Of a stretch of DNA of 64,000 nt, positions 50,650-62,845 are shown piece by piece. Position numbers and translations under genes: made by a program. The notes beneath the pieces are model-generated. The model searched no databases and was not told the origin of the DNA. It saw only the letters and a list, made by a program, of their open reading frames with translations. The DNA lies in NCBI GenBank assembly GCA_001949185.1, contig BDGG01000011.1:67249-131248 (forward strand), read 5' to 3'. The stretch is from Ramazzottius varieornatus. Lineage: Eukaryota > Animalia > Tardigrada. How positions within the stretch are numbered: position 1 is the first letter of the stretch; each line of letters begins with the position of its first letter.

Positions 50650-51345
50650 CCATCTACACTGTTACCGTACGAGCCTGTTACCACTCAGCGTTTTATTTCT
50701 CTTGAGATTCCCGTTAAAGCGTTCACACCGTTGATACCTGAAAGGTTCGCTAATGTCCTGAAAGACTATCCCGATTCTGAGTTCGCGAATTATTTCGTCA
50801 AAGGTCTCATCAACGGTTTCAGATTGGGTTATACCGGCCCAGCTGTCACTCAAATTACTCCGAATGCTCGAACTGCTCGGGAACATCCCGATGTCGTACG
50901 TGACTATGTGGCCAAAGAGGTCATTGCTAAACATACCATCGGTCCGTTCGATGTACCTCCTTTCCCCTACTACGTTTTTTCCTCCATGGATGTACGCCCG
51001 AAGAAACTGGGTGGTGTTCGTCTAACTATGGATCTATCAAGACCATTCAAAAGTCAGTTAACGATCATATCTCCAAAACAAGACTACACTCAATTTCTGT
51101 TCGGTTGACGATGCCATCGCTATTTGTCTCAAGCTTGGGAAGGGCTGCTTGATGGCCAAAACAGATCTCAAAGGCGCGTTTAGGCTCATACCTGTTGCGA
51201 GCGAGGACTGGCATCTATTGAGTTACATGTGTGACGGGAGATTTTATTTTGATACCGTCTTGCCGTTTGGATGCCGTTCTTCTCCTAGTCTATTCAATAA
51301 TCTATCGCAGATCCTTGAATGGAAAATCAAGACCTCTGGGGGGAT
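50650..51345 (+). pseudogene. RT of element 1, 5' part
   Basis: TPL...LKDYPD..GLINGFRLGY, GPF..PPF, PKK.GGVRLTMDLSRP, SVDDAI, AKTDLKGAFRLIPV, LPFGCRSSP. Confidence 0.9.
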
Positions 51346-53932
51346 TAATTAAAATTAATTAACCTTTTACTCTGTTCCGATGAGAAGCCAGGCTAAGCGC
51401 TGTATGAACAGAGTTCGAAAAATGCGGCAAGAGCGCTAGAGAAAAAGAAGGTATATAAAACAAAAACAACCAACTTTTTCGTTTTTAAAATCTCAAAATC
51501 TAAACTAGCAGAAGTACATCTACGTTGTTCTTGCACCACATGAAATTCGAGAAGTTTAGCCCGCTCAGATAGTTCTTAAAACTCAACAAGCTATTTACAT
51601 GCCTCGGCGATGTACGCAAACGAGCCGGAAGTGGACTCAAGAAGCTTGCAGGACAGTGGAGCGGTGGAGACAGGCAGCATCATCAGGATTTTGGCTTGAC
51701 TCCTTGTTCTCAAGTTCCGGCTTGGTTCTTGGCTCTTCAGCAGACGATTACCGTTGGCAAAATTACCAGTCCAAATTCGAAAGACGTTCACCAGGAGGTT
51801 TTCACAGCGTCGATGCCAGAGTGGCTTTCATGCGACTTCTTGCAAATGCTGGCGGTATCGCTTGAAGTCTGGATCGTGCCTGTCTTTGTCTGCTCGGCTC
51901 AATCGGATGTTCTGCAGGAACTTCTTTTGAATGGATTCTAGCTGTCTTTGCAGGCTCTTGGTCGCAGGGAACCAGCATGACGAGGCATAGTCGTGGACTG
52001 CTCTTACGAGGCTCTCGTAAAGAAGCTGCTTCACTGCTCCATATCGTTGGGGAAAGAACGCGTTGACAGCGTACAATCTTTGCCTGCACTTGGCCGTCAC
52101 TTTGTCCACTTGGGCTGTCCATTCGAGCTTGCTTGAGAATGTTACGCCGAGGCAAACTGCTTCATTCACCAAAGGGATCTTCTTGCCACTAATCACGTAG
52201 TATTCGCCTGGAAGCTTCACACTCTTGTCCCGCTTATTCGAGATCCGGGGGTGCTGCGACTTTTCCGGATTGATTTCGAGGCCGACTTCTTTACACCATG
52301 CTTCTAACCGTTGGAGATCTTGCTGGAGGACAACGCAGTCTTCATGTTTCTTGATTGTTCGAGACAGAACAATGTCATCGGCGTACTGCATGACCGTGGA
52401 ACTGATGCTTTTGGCTAGGCTGTTAACGGCAATGGTGAAGAGAAGTGGGCCAAGAATTGAACCCTGCGGCACACCAGATGGGACAGATTGTTCGACGAGA
52501 AATGTCCCTCAACCACAACTCTTTGGCTCCTTCCTTTCAAGTAATCAGACAGCAAACCTTTCATCTTACCATTCACTCCATGACTTGACAGGCTAGTGAC
52601 GATGGACGAGTGCGGAAGCTTGTCGAAGGCTTTCGAACAGTCCAAAAGAACCACGTCTTCTTCGTCTCTTTGTAAGACGGCTTGCGAGTATTGGTGAGCC
52701 ATATGGAGCAACTGCATTTCCGTCGACCTCTGCTTTCTGAATCCGTACTGCGTATCTGAAAGTAGATTATTCTTATCAAGATAGTTTCTCAGATGACTCG
52801 CCACAATCTTCTCGAACAGCTTGGATAGTGGTGGTAGAAGGGAGATGGGACGAAAGGAAGAGCTTCCCTTCTTTGGTATTGGTACCACTTCGGCCTGCTT
52901 CCACGCTGTGGGGAATTCTCTTTTGCTGACGATCAGGTTGAACAGTCTTGACAAGGGATATACTACGGATGTTCCCGCGATCTTGAGTACCTGGTTGGTT
53001 ATCAGGAAGGAACCAGCAGCTTTAGCAGAGTCTAGGCGTTGGATTTGCTTCAAGATCACCGAGGTAGTGAAGTGAAGTGGCGGGCAGTGGGGTGTCTCTG
53101 GGGGCTCAACACGTATCGGCTCACCATGGCTAACGGTTGATGGCAGGCAGTGGCGTGGACAGGCAGAGTACACTTTGGAGAATTCTTGGCTGATCAACTC
53201 GGCTTTGTCTTGCGGATCTACGATGTACTTCTCATCATGACCAGGTATCGGGATAGGCGGGATAGATGCAGCGGAGGTGTTCTTCTTGACCTGTTTCCAG
53301 ACTGCTCGGGGATTTCAGCGGGATGCTTTTGCGATGCCATAAAGACGACGATGCTTGTCAGACTGGATGATCCTTCTCTTGCTAACTTCCAGCTCCTTCC
53401 AACTTGAATAATCTGCTTGATCCCTTGTTCTTCTCCATTTCTTAAAGGCACTTCCACATCTTCGCAAGCTATCAATAGCTCTTTCGGAGAGGGAAGGACG
53501 ATGAAGACGCTCGGCTCCGACAGACTTCAACTGAAAAGCACTCTTCGCAGCAGCGATGAATTTATCCTGAAAAACAGTAACGGCAACATCGACATTGCAC
53601 ATCAAATCAAACACCTGGCCCAATCAATCGATGATAGTGCAGTCTTGAAAACATTGATATTCTCCCCGTCAATTTTCCACACCAGCATTGGCTTCGTCTT
53701 GAAGTTCGGAGTCATAAGCATCAGCTTGGTTTCGATGGCTTGATAGTCACATGTAGCTGAAGGTGGGTTAACGATCCTGGTGTTGCGAACGAAGCCCAGT
53801 TGGGTAACGAAGAGCTGGTCGAGTGATGATTCGCTTCGTCCCCGCTTTCGAGTGGTGCCTTTCACTTTCTGCCACAGTTTAAACTCGTTCTTCAACTGGA
53901 TCAAATCCCTGTCCCTTTCCGACTTTCCACTT
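51346..53932 (-). mobile_element. 5'-truncated non-LTR retrotransposon (CR1/L2/Jockey-group LINE ORF2), degenerate
   Basis: End of the endonuclease domain SLDQLF..CDYQAI. RT motifs FRPISLL..SKLFEKIV, QYGFR..RST, LDCSKAFD, PQGSILGPLLF, QYADD, LGVTF..LEW. TTAA-rich 3' tail at 51346-51362 and a GAT duplication at both junctions. Confidence 0.92.
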
Positions 53933-54900
53933 GATGGAAGATGTTCTTCATTATATTGATGATTTCTGGTGGGCTGCACCCGGCAACTCGCCAGCAAGTC
54001 AACATACGCTGGTGTTCATGCAAGCTCTGTGCGCCGAGCTCGGTGCACCACTGGCAGAAGAGAAAACTGAAGGCCCAACCACGAAATTGGCATTTCTTGG
54101 TAATCAGCTTGATACGGAGTCCCAAACCATCAGCATACCTGAAACTAAAGTTGAGGAAATTCAAGATTTGTTCACAGTGTATCGAGCCAGGGTCAAAGCC
54201 ATCTTGAGCCTTTGCGGACAGCTCGGCTTCGCCACTAAATGTATCCCTGCTGGGAGGATTTTCCTACGACGAATGCTGACTCTTGCACATAAAGTTAAGC
54301 AGTTAGATCAACCTAAGCTCAAACTGACCGAAGGTTTTAGAGCAGATTTGCAGTGGTGCATAGATTTCCTGCCGACTTGAAACGGTACATGCAAGATTCT
54401 GCAGAGTAAATGGGTCGCATCGCCCACTATGCACCTTTTTACCGACGCATCTGGGAGCATTGGTTGTGGTGGCGTTTTCGGTACCGAATGGTTTCAGCTA
54501 CAATGGCCAAGCTGGCTACTTGAAGCTAAACCATCCACTGCTTTACTGAAACTGCTGCCAGTTTTGATTTCTTGTTGTGTTTGGGGGTCAAACTGCAGAC
54601 CAAGCGAATCTTATTTCACTCGGATAATATGTCGGTGGTCCAAATCTGGGCAAAATGCACATCACCAAACGTCGGAGTTATGACTGCGATACGGCGGATC
54701 TATTTCGAAGCAGCAAATAACAATTTCACGCTGAGGATAACGCGTATTAGTGGCGTCGATAATATATTGGCTGATGCCTTATCTAGATTCGACAACGCGC
54801 GATTCTTCGAAAATCATCCCAAGGCAAGCCGCGAGCCGATACTGGTAGACCGCGTTCTAGATTTTTTACGGGATATCATGCTATCAATAGAACCAGGAAA
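53933..54900 (+). pseudogene. RT (3' part) and RNase H of element 1
   Basis: LHYIDDF, LGAPLAEEKTEGP, FLG..LDT, IPAGRIFLRR, DLQW; RNase H LFTDASGSIGCGG, SDNMSVV, ISGVDNILADALSR. Confidence 0.9.
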
Positions 54901-55850
54901 CTGTTCGAGCTCGATGCAAGATCGCGGGAAATTGTCGGTAAACGACTGGCTCCCGCTTCCAGAAGAGGCTACCGAAATGGATCTGAGCGCTTTCGCTCTT
55001 TCTGTCTGAGTCACTGTCTGCCTCATTTATCTACAGACCGTCAAACGATCAGCCGGTTCGTTTCATGGTTAGATGGCGAAGGACTAAGCAGGAAAACAGC
55101 AAGAGTTTACGTAGCCGGCGTGCGTTCTGAACAACTACAGAACGGTTTCGACGATCCCTGTAAGAATGATCAATACCTTACGATGACGTTAAAAGGCCTG
55201 ACCAACCAGACCCGTCCACATACCTACACGAGGAAACCTCTAACGATAGTTCACCTACGGCAACTCAAACTGGACTTATTCGGATCCCGAATAGCCCGCC
55301 ACGACCAGCTAATGCTCTGGTCGGCCTTTACTACGGCCTTCTATGGCATGCTTCGTGTGTCCGAGTATACCAGCTCGAAGGAAACAAGTTTCGACAAATC
55401 GAATCTGGTTCTGAACGATCTTCAAATATCCCGCGATTTCGTCCAAATATGTTTACGGCGGGATAAAACCCATCACCAGACCGCACCTCCGGCAATTTAT
55501 CTAACAAAAACCCGAACGGATACCTGTCCCGTACAAGCTCTCCCGAACGGATACAAGCTCTCCACGCTTATATGTTGGTCAAATCTTCAGCCAAACATAC
55601 TCCATTATTCTTCACACAAGATGGATGCTACCTAACTCGGCAACGAGACAATCGTGAGCTACAATCTTTTCTGGGGAATGGTTACACCTCTCATAGTTTC
55701 CGGATAGGATCGGCTTCAACGGCTTCTAAGGTCGGATGCTCCATGAAGCAGATTAGGGCTATAGGCAGATGGAGCAGCGACGTTTCTAACCGATACGTCC
55801 GACCAGACATGGTCTCCTTAACCCGGACTATGCAGCGAATCTCAGGTTAG
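54890..55850 (+). pseudogene. Tyrosine recombinase of element 1
   Basis: LAPASRRGY..F..FC, VYVAGVR, AFYGMLRVSEYT, DKT, CPVQA, HSFRIGSAS, IGRWSS..RYVR. One frameshift near 55545. Confidence 0.9.
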
Positions 55851-56298
55851 TTCTAATCAGCCTTCGCTTGGGGTTTGTGTTTGGGGACTGTGCGAAGGCT
55901 GGGCAAATGGTCTACACAATTGTGCATGTCCGCTCACCTTGACAGTTTACCCTCATTGACCCCAAGTACCTCCGTGTTCGTTTCGTAATCAAGGAAAATC
56001 CAGGCGTCAACAGTAAGATGCCCAAGAGTTCCTTTGTCTGGCGCTTAGAACAGGCAACTGACGTCAGATTACGAGGAGCGAGACCTTACTTTACCCGTTT
56101 GCCGAACTGGCGACAACGTTTTCCACTGACGTTTTCTCACAAAACCAGAATAATTTCAAACTATCTTCGAACACTTGACTTCATTCCTATCCAGTCAAAA
56201 ATGAGAATCAGTGGAAGATCATGCGGAAAAATTCCGGAGGGAAATCCATTCGGAAATTTCGCCGGATATTAGGAAACACGCTTGATTACTAGAGGACA

Positions 56299-59200
56299 AT
56301 TTACGCCAGAAGCGTACAATTGTAGTTTACGTCAACCACAAGACCGTTTGTGTTTACCAATATCCCTAGTGACCACAACGTGAACACTTCCGTGTTACGG
56401 TAAAGTTCTTCCACATCGCCCGTGGAAGAACTGTAGCCCTTTTGTTCGAACTCTTCGAACTCTTCCCATTTGTTGGAAATTCCTGTTATCATGACCACCC
56501 AGTTCTCTCCCGTCCGTGATATGCCAGACGACGACAACCTTTCTGACGCCTCTCCCGATTGTCATCATGGTTCACCTTTACCAGCGCCCGGTTTTCTTCG
56601 TTCAGGACAACCATTTGCGTCTCGCAGCCCGATACCGGTACCCATTAAGCGTCGTCGCAACCCGCTGTCTACTGGTTCTCGGCCTGCTCGCGGCGGTCGC
56701 GCTATCCGCAGATCCCGTACCATTTCACCCGAAATCCTACCTCCTTTCCCCGGCCATGGCGAGAACTTTTCGTCTCACCTTTCCGTTTCCCACTCGCGAA
56801 GGCCTTCCCCGCAGCCTTCGATTGCCCCCTTCCATCACCGTGGAACCGACCATTTCTCTCACCCTTTTGCCACTTGTTCACGCCCCGCTACAGCTCTCTA
56901 CGTTAACCGTGCCTTCGACCCGGAAAAGATTGCACTCGCTGTCGAGAATAACCTGCTCCGAGAGCAGTACGACCAACTGACCTCCCGGCGTTCTAAGCAT
57001 CGGATCGACCAGGACCACGGTGATGACGACTATGAGTCCCCAAGTCGGAAGAAGCCTCGCGTCAGTGAACCTCCAAAGAATTTTTGCTTTCCTAAGTCAG
57101 CGAGCCCTTACTCCGTATTTTGGCCGACCGTTCCGCCTTCGATCCTTTCCACCTCCTGCTTCTAGCATCCCGAAACCTCAGCGCGGCGTTCGATTACAAG
57201 ACCACTTCTTCCAAGAAATCGTCGTCTCTGACGTCCTCCAGTTCGGATATTTCGTCTTTCTTGCAATGGCTGGAAACATTCCAGCTGTTTTGCATGTACC
57301 GTGGTTGGTTCTTCGCGGACCTTTTTTTGCCGCTGACAGCCTATGGCCATACCATCCGTTCCCTTCAAGCAAAGGCGGCCAGTCGTGCCGGTCGTCCTTC
57401 CCCAGAGAAGTCCTTTCGAGCCGCCCGCGATGTTATCTGCAGGGATAACAACGCAGGACGTTGCTCGACCCCCTGCCCCAACAACCGCTCCCATAAGTGC
57501 TCCTACTGCTGGCACATCCATCCTTTCTCCGAATGCAGCCAATATCAGGATGACATGAAAGCCAAAAACGCCGCTTCTGCCTGACCGTTTCGAGCGCCAT
57601 CTCCATGATCATCCGGACCCCTCTTTTGTTCACCAGTTTATCCACGGGTCGCGCACCGGATTCGAGATCGGGTATAACGGTCCTGAGTTAACCCGTAGCA
57701 CTTCGAACGCTACCACTACCAAGGAAAACCCTCTAATGGCTGAACGGTTTGTAGCCAAAGAAGTACGACTTGAACATTCGGCCGGACCGTTCAACGACCC
57801 GCCTTTCCCTAATTTTGTTTGTTTCTCCCTTGGACTACGGCCTAAGAAAAATGGCGGCGGTCGCTTGATCATGGATTTGTCTCGCCCGTTCGACTATTCA
57901 GTCAACGATTTTATCAACAAAGACTTCTATACCCTGCGCTACTGCACAGTCGACGACGCTATTGCTCTTATCACTAAAGCCGGACGGTCTTGTCTATTGT
58001 CGAAAACCGATTTGGTTGGTGCTTTCTGTTTGATACCTGTCCACCCGTCAGATTGGCATTATCTGTGCTTCTTTCTCAACGGTAAGTACTACTTCGGTCA
58101 ATTTCTACCTTTGGGCGTTCGCTCCTCCCCCGCCCTCTTCAACCAGTTATCCCTAATCCTAATATGGGTCATCAAAAAAGCTGGTTATACTTCTGCGCTC
58201 CATTATATGGACGACTTTCTTTTCGTTGGCGCCCCTGAAACCTCACAATGTAATGATATCCTAACTTTCATGAAAGCCGTTTGCGCCGACCTGGGGGTGC
58301 CACTAGCCCCAGAAAAAACTGTCAGCCCTACAACGACCCTCGACTTTCTGGGTATAACACTGGACACCGTCAACTTCACCCTTTCGATTCCCGACGGAAA
58401 AATTCAGGAGCTGACAGAATGCCTTTCTACCTTTAAAGATCGTCACAAAGCAACCAAGCGTGAGATCCTTAGCCTCGCCGGCAAGTTAAGCTGGTGTACA
58501 ACATGTATATCAGCCGGCCGTATCTTTTTACGTCGGATTCTGGACCTTGCAATGAAGGCACGGCGTTTAGGTCATCAGTTGAAACTGAGCCCGGGTTTCT
58601 TCGACGACTTACAATGGTGGACCGATTTTTTACCCCTATGGAACGGCAAAGCCTCGTTTCTGCAGCCTTATTGGACAGAACCGCACAGTTTAGATTTGTA
58701 CACGGACGCTGCGGGTTCTGTTGGACGTTGTGGTTTCTTAGCAGGAAAATGGTTTCAGATACTATGGCCACCATGGGTGATAGCTTTGAACCCACCCATC
58801 GCGTGATTTGAAATGATCCCTGTTCTGATCGCCTGTTTTTTATGGGGAAAAGACTAGTCCGGAAAGCGGATTACTTTTCATTCCGATAATCAGTCAGTAG
58901 TTTCTTCCTGGAGGAAATAATCCTCTGCACACAAGGGCGTGATGGATTGCATACGACGCATCCACTTCCAAGCCGCCCTGCACGACTTTCACGTTCGTAT
59001 ATTTCACGTCCCCGGAGCTCAGAATACCATTGCGGATGCGATTTCCCGAAACGACCTACCACGGTTTCACACTCTTGCGCCCACTGCAGCCACTGCGCCT
59101 GAGACAGTTTCCTTTCAGTTAGATCTGCTTCGACCAAGTCTGGAAGACTCCAGCCCAAGCTTGGTCGATACGTGTACCGAAGAAATGAAAGACTTCTACG

Positions 59201-59566
59201 ATCAAACAGATGTTTCCCTGTGGGCCGTGGATGCTGACTTAGTCTGACAACTTTCGCATGCGCGCGGTTTATGTTAGCCTTTATTTTTCTGCTTTAGTTC
59301 ATGCATCTTGTCTGCTACAAACATATTTTGTCGGTCGAGCGATTGTTTTGGCGCGGGCGTTTGGGGTCCATCGCTCGATGTTGGGTGCTTGGGGTCAGCG
59401 CGATGGACCTAAGGACTGGCTACCAACCGAGTGAAAGCTGGATTGGCTACCTCATGACAGTCCCCGCGTTGCGCTACCTCAACGTATCCCAGCTCGTTAC
59501 GTGATCGTTATTCCGAGGTCTAGGTCAGGCGTAAACCTACATTAATGCGCCTCGGACGGCATCGAA
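56299..59566 (+). mobile_element. Tyrosine-recombinase retrotransposon 2 (different family; YR almost wholly deleted)
   Basis: gag 56491-57584 (ISSFLQWLETF..Y; ICRDNNAGRC..C..HKCSYC..H..C). RT/RNase H ~57560-59110 (PKKNGGGRLIMDLSRP, SKTDL, LPLGVRSSP, HYMDDF, GVPLAPEKT, LYTDAAG, SDNQSVV, HVPGAQNTIADAISR). Inverted termini at 56299-56345 and 59517-59566. Confidence 0.88.
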
Positions 59567-59769
59567 AAAAACACTCTTTCCGACTTCTGTCTCCGCTGTA
59601 GCCTAGAATCGGCGCAGTCCTCAGGAAAGCGCGTTAGGTTTCGGAAGGAAGGTTATATGTAAGGTAAGCCTATGATTCCACGACCATTAAGTTCCGGTAT
59701 TGTTTTTGGCACGCTAGCATTTGAAAACTAGCGGTTCGGGTTCCGGACGCTGTTTCTAGCCAGTCAATA

Positions 59770-60021
59770 CAGTGATAACCCTCACTTCTTTAGTACGTCA
59801 CAAAGCGGGTCTCGACACGCTGGAGCGTGCCAGCAAGTAGTTTGCGAATGGCAAACTTATGCGTCATCACAGTCATGTGACAACTGGCCGTGCTGACGAG
59901 CGGGATCTGTGGCTTTTTTCTACGTTTGTTTGAGTAGCTAGAAACAAATTCGAACCTCTTCGCACATTCTGTAATACGCGGTACTGCCTGTGACATACTA
60001 AAGAAGTGAGGATTATAACTG
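59770..60021. mobile_element. MITE family B, copy 2
   Basis: TA-cagtgataaccctcacttctttagtacgtcaca / tgtgacatactaaagaagtgaggattataactg-TA. Confidence 0.82.
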
Positions 60022-60022
60022 T

Positions 60023-62283
60023 ATGCGTTATCGGCTTATTCCTCGAAATGCCATACTCGTGACCTGGTGTTGGAGTTTACCGGCTGCGATTTCCCTGGAA
60101 GTGGTATTCGTGACTCTCATACCGCACTATGGGCCACTGATAACATCCATGCCGGCTTTGTGAGCTGTGTGAGACTTGACAGTTGAACAAACACAGCGGA
60201 CATATCAGTCCCGTTTCAACGTGTCCGTCAAAGATGTCTACAGTCCATTGTATCAGTCTTGTGCTGACGTCGAAATAAACAAGCTTGGATGGCAGCCGAA
60301 TACTTCTACAGAGCCGCTCCTAGCCAGAAATGTCTGGCTCTTATCGTCGGTGGTAAGTCATGATCATGAGCCGTCCAGGAAAAATGTGAAATAGTGCCCA
60401 GAGACCCGATGGATATCTTCGCACCCGCCACCTCGTAGCTCTTATATGCCTTTACAAACCAGTTCGAGTTCTGCTTGTCATAATCAAGTGCACATCTCAT
60501 CGTTGTCACAGGCTGCACGGATCAGCAGACCCTGGCGAAACTGAGTCACTGTCAAAATTAATAACGGGTCTAGATCGGGTGGTCTTCGGGTGAAACAATT
60601 TATCCGGTCGCGGTAAAGTCACCCGCAGGTTACCCATTAGTGACGTCGGAAACTTTTCTTTCTCGCTCGCCTTGCGTGAACGCAATGAGCCGAACTTTGG
60701 AACCCGAACGAAAGGCTGGGTTTACTTTCAGCCACGCGTCCGATATCAACTTATGAATCCTCTCGTTTTAATTTCGCCGATCTTTGTCGCAGCGGCTCAA
60801 GCTCGTATCCCGAACGTGCCGGATTTTCACTGCTCCATAAAAGTCTTAAGAGGCAAGTCAAGCCAGAATGTTAGCAGGCGTTCCTCCTGCGCTCGGGATT
60901 TGCGGTCTGGTATTACTGTATCTAGGTTGGATGTTTGCAGATCGCTTTGTGGAACAGAGCCCTGTACTGTGGGCGTGCTTGATGAAGAACGACAAAGGTA
61001 AGCAATGCTGTCTCGCCCTTGTGTTCTGTGAGCTCTGTGCGGTGTTTCTGTGGGTTTGTAGGTTAGCTAAGGACCGTTTGGATGACCAGAAAGAGTTGGA
61101 CTGTGATTCTACACTGGGAAATCTGCTTCGCCTCAGGCGAGTCGCCTGCATCCTTCTTCGCATCATCTTTCTGTTAGAACTTTTTGCTACCAGTTGATCT
61201 CCTACAGATTACGGAGCTCTGTTTGTGTACCCGTTCGCCGGGACAGCCATCTTTAGACAACCAGAAAAGAACTTGATGCGAATCTATTGTACTGAAATCT
61301 GGCGCTGGGCCTGGACCCAAGTAAAGTTGCGCATGACGTAAAAAACCCAACTGAAACTTCGTCCCACCCACGACCAGCTAAAAGGCTAGGTCCAAAAACA
61401 GAACTTCATTGGGCTGCCGTAAGCCAATCAGGCGAAATATTCCACGACTTTGATTGGTCCAAAATTTTGGACGAAAATTTGTTCCGACCATTCCGGAAGT
61501 TCCATTCCCCTTAAGGTAACCCGTTATTTCACCAGTTTGGAGATTTGGTGGAAATAACCGGTCGCCTGCAAGCGATCCTGACATATTTATGACAGTGCGT
61601 CGCGGTAAACGCATCCGATCAATCTCAACCGAGATCCGCGAGCACGGTGATTGGTTCATTTTAAACCCAACTTTTGCACAACGGGACCTTCCCTATTTTC
61701 CGAGGTATTGGGCATCAAACATTCTCCACTTCTCAAATGGAGAAACTGGTTTACCCCAAATTTTTAGTGGCTGTGGTCTTCCTCTGGGGTTACGGGAGTG
61801 GTATCCCACCGCGGTAACATGATCGAGCACCACCATCCGATACGTGCAAGTTCTATTGTCGGTCTGGCAGCACTTTTACTGGCGTCAGGCGGTTTTCATC
61901 ACCGACATGGAAAGCCCAATAACATTCTACGCTGATATTTCTATATAACTGCGAGATGGAAAGCTCGCAAACGCCATGGAGTCTCTGTTGGAGTCTCTGG
62001 TTATCAAGGGCAATAGCCAACAAAGTATTGCAGAAGCTTTGAAAACTGGTCGTCAGAGAAATCGAGGTGCAGCCCTTGAAATCACCATAATTTCAAATTC
62101 ACCCACAGCATTTGGAATACAGGTACAGTGCATGTACGTTCTTCCCGATTTCAGAAGTGTATCGTGGGTTTCAGTGTTCGACCTCGGATGTCACGCTCTT
62201 TCAGTGCGTGTTATTTTGGTTAGCTGACTGAGTGATCCTTCCGAAAGTTGCTTGTGGCAGAATCATACATATGCAAGCTGCCA
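60023..62283 (+). pseudogene. Pseudogene paralogue of the 40860 ANF-type receptor
   Basis: MRYRL..AAISLEVVFVTLIPHYGPLITSM followed by two TGA codons; KDVYSPLYQSCADVE with a frameshift; SGCGLPLG..YPT..FYWRQAVFITD..RQRNR; VFDLGCH. Interrupted at 60547-61769. Confidence 0.85.
60547..61769. mobile_element. Insertion with CACT(G/A) ends (possible CACTA/EnSpm-like non-autonomous element)
   Basis: Interrupts the receptor pseudogene. Left end cactgtcaaaatt; right end reverse-complements to cactaaaaattt. No clear TSD. Confidence 0.45.
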
Positions 62284-62484
62284 GACATGGCGCAAAGTAT
62301 ATTTGAAATATTGCCGAGACTGGCTACGGAAACCAATATGACTAATGGAGACTACGTAGGTTTTTCCAACAAGGGGCTCAGCCAAGGACTCTGAGTTTTG
62401 CTCTTTTATACCACCAGGCGGAATACCACTCTTTACACTCAGAAAATTCTTGAGATAATCGGCGTTCACTTATACTTCCAGCAC

Positions 62485-62845
62485 CATAGCACGCTTCCCG
62501 GTCACAGGCGTAAGTCTACCTGACCACCAGATCTAACTACAGATGGAACACCCAACAAAACATCCGTTCTAAAACTAATTTAGAAAGTTTCTGCTGTTTT
62601 AGATCAACCAAACTAACGTCTCGAGTTTTCGCAGAATTTTCGTGGTATGTTTCATGTAGGTTTATGAACCGCCGACCAACGGCCTTGTCCTCAGTTTCTC
62701 GGAAAGATCCAGATGTTATTCCGTTGTTCTAAAACAGCAGAAACCTTCTCAAGTACTTCTAGAACGGATATATATCGGCAGTTCCATCCGTAATCAAATC
62801 TAGTGGTCGGGCAGACTTAAGCCTGCGACTGGGAAGCATGCTATT
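62485..62845. mobile_element. Foldback MITE
   Basis: Arms atagcacgcttcccggtcacaggcgtaagtctacc...gtttctgctgttttaga / tctaaaacagcagaaac...gcagacttaagcctgcgactgggaagcatgctat. Confidence 0.78.

Larger units (their letters stand above)
49394..56051 (+). mobile_element. Tyrosine-recombinase retrotransposon 1 (DIRS order, Ngaro-type ORFs), degenerate and interrupted by a LINE
   Basis: gag, RT/RNase H and YR in order. Imperfect inverted termini at 49394-49444 and 55993-56051. Boundaries are approximate. Confidence 0.9.

Noticed and set aside
59340-59500. Hammerhead or HDV ribozyme call for the 3' structure
   Set aside because: No CUGANGA core on either strand and no HDV-type L3/P1.1 pattern; reported only as an unassigned structure.
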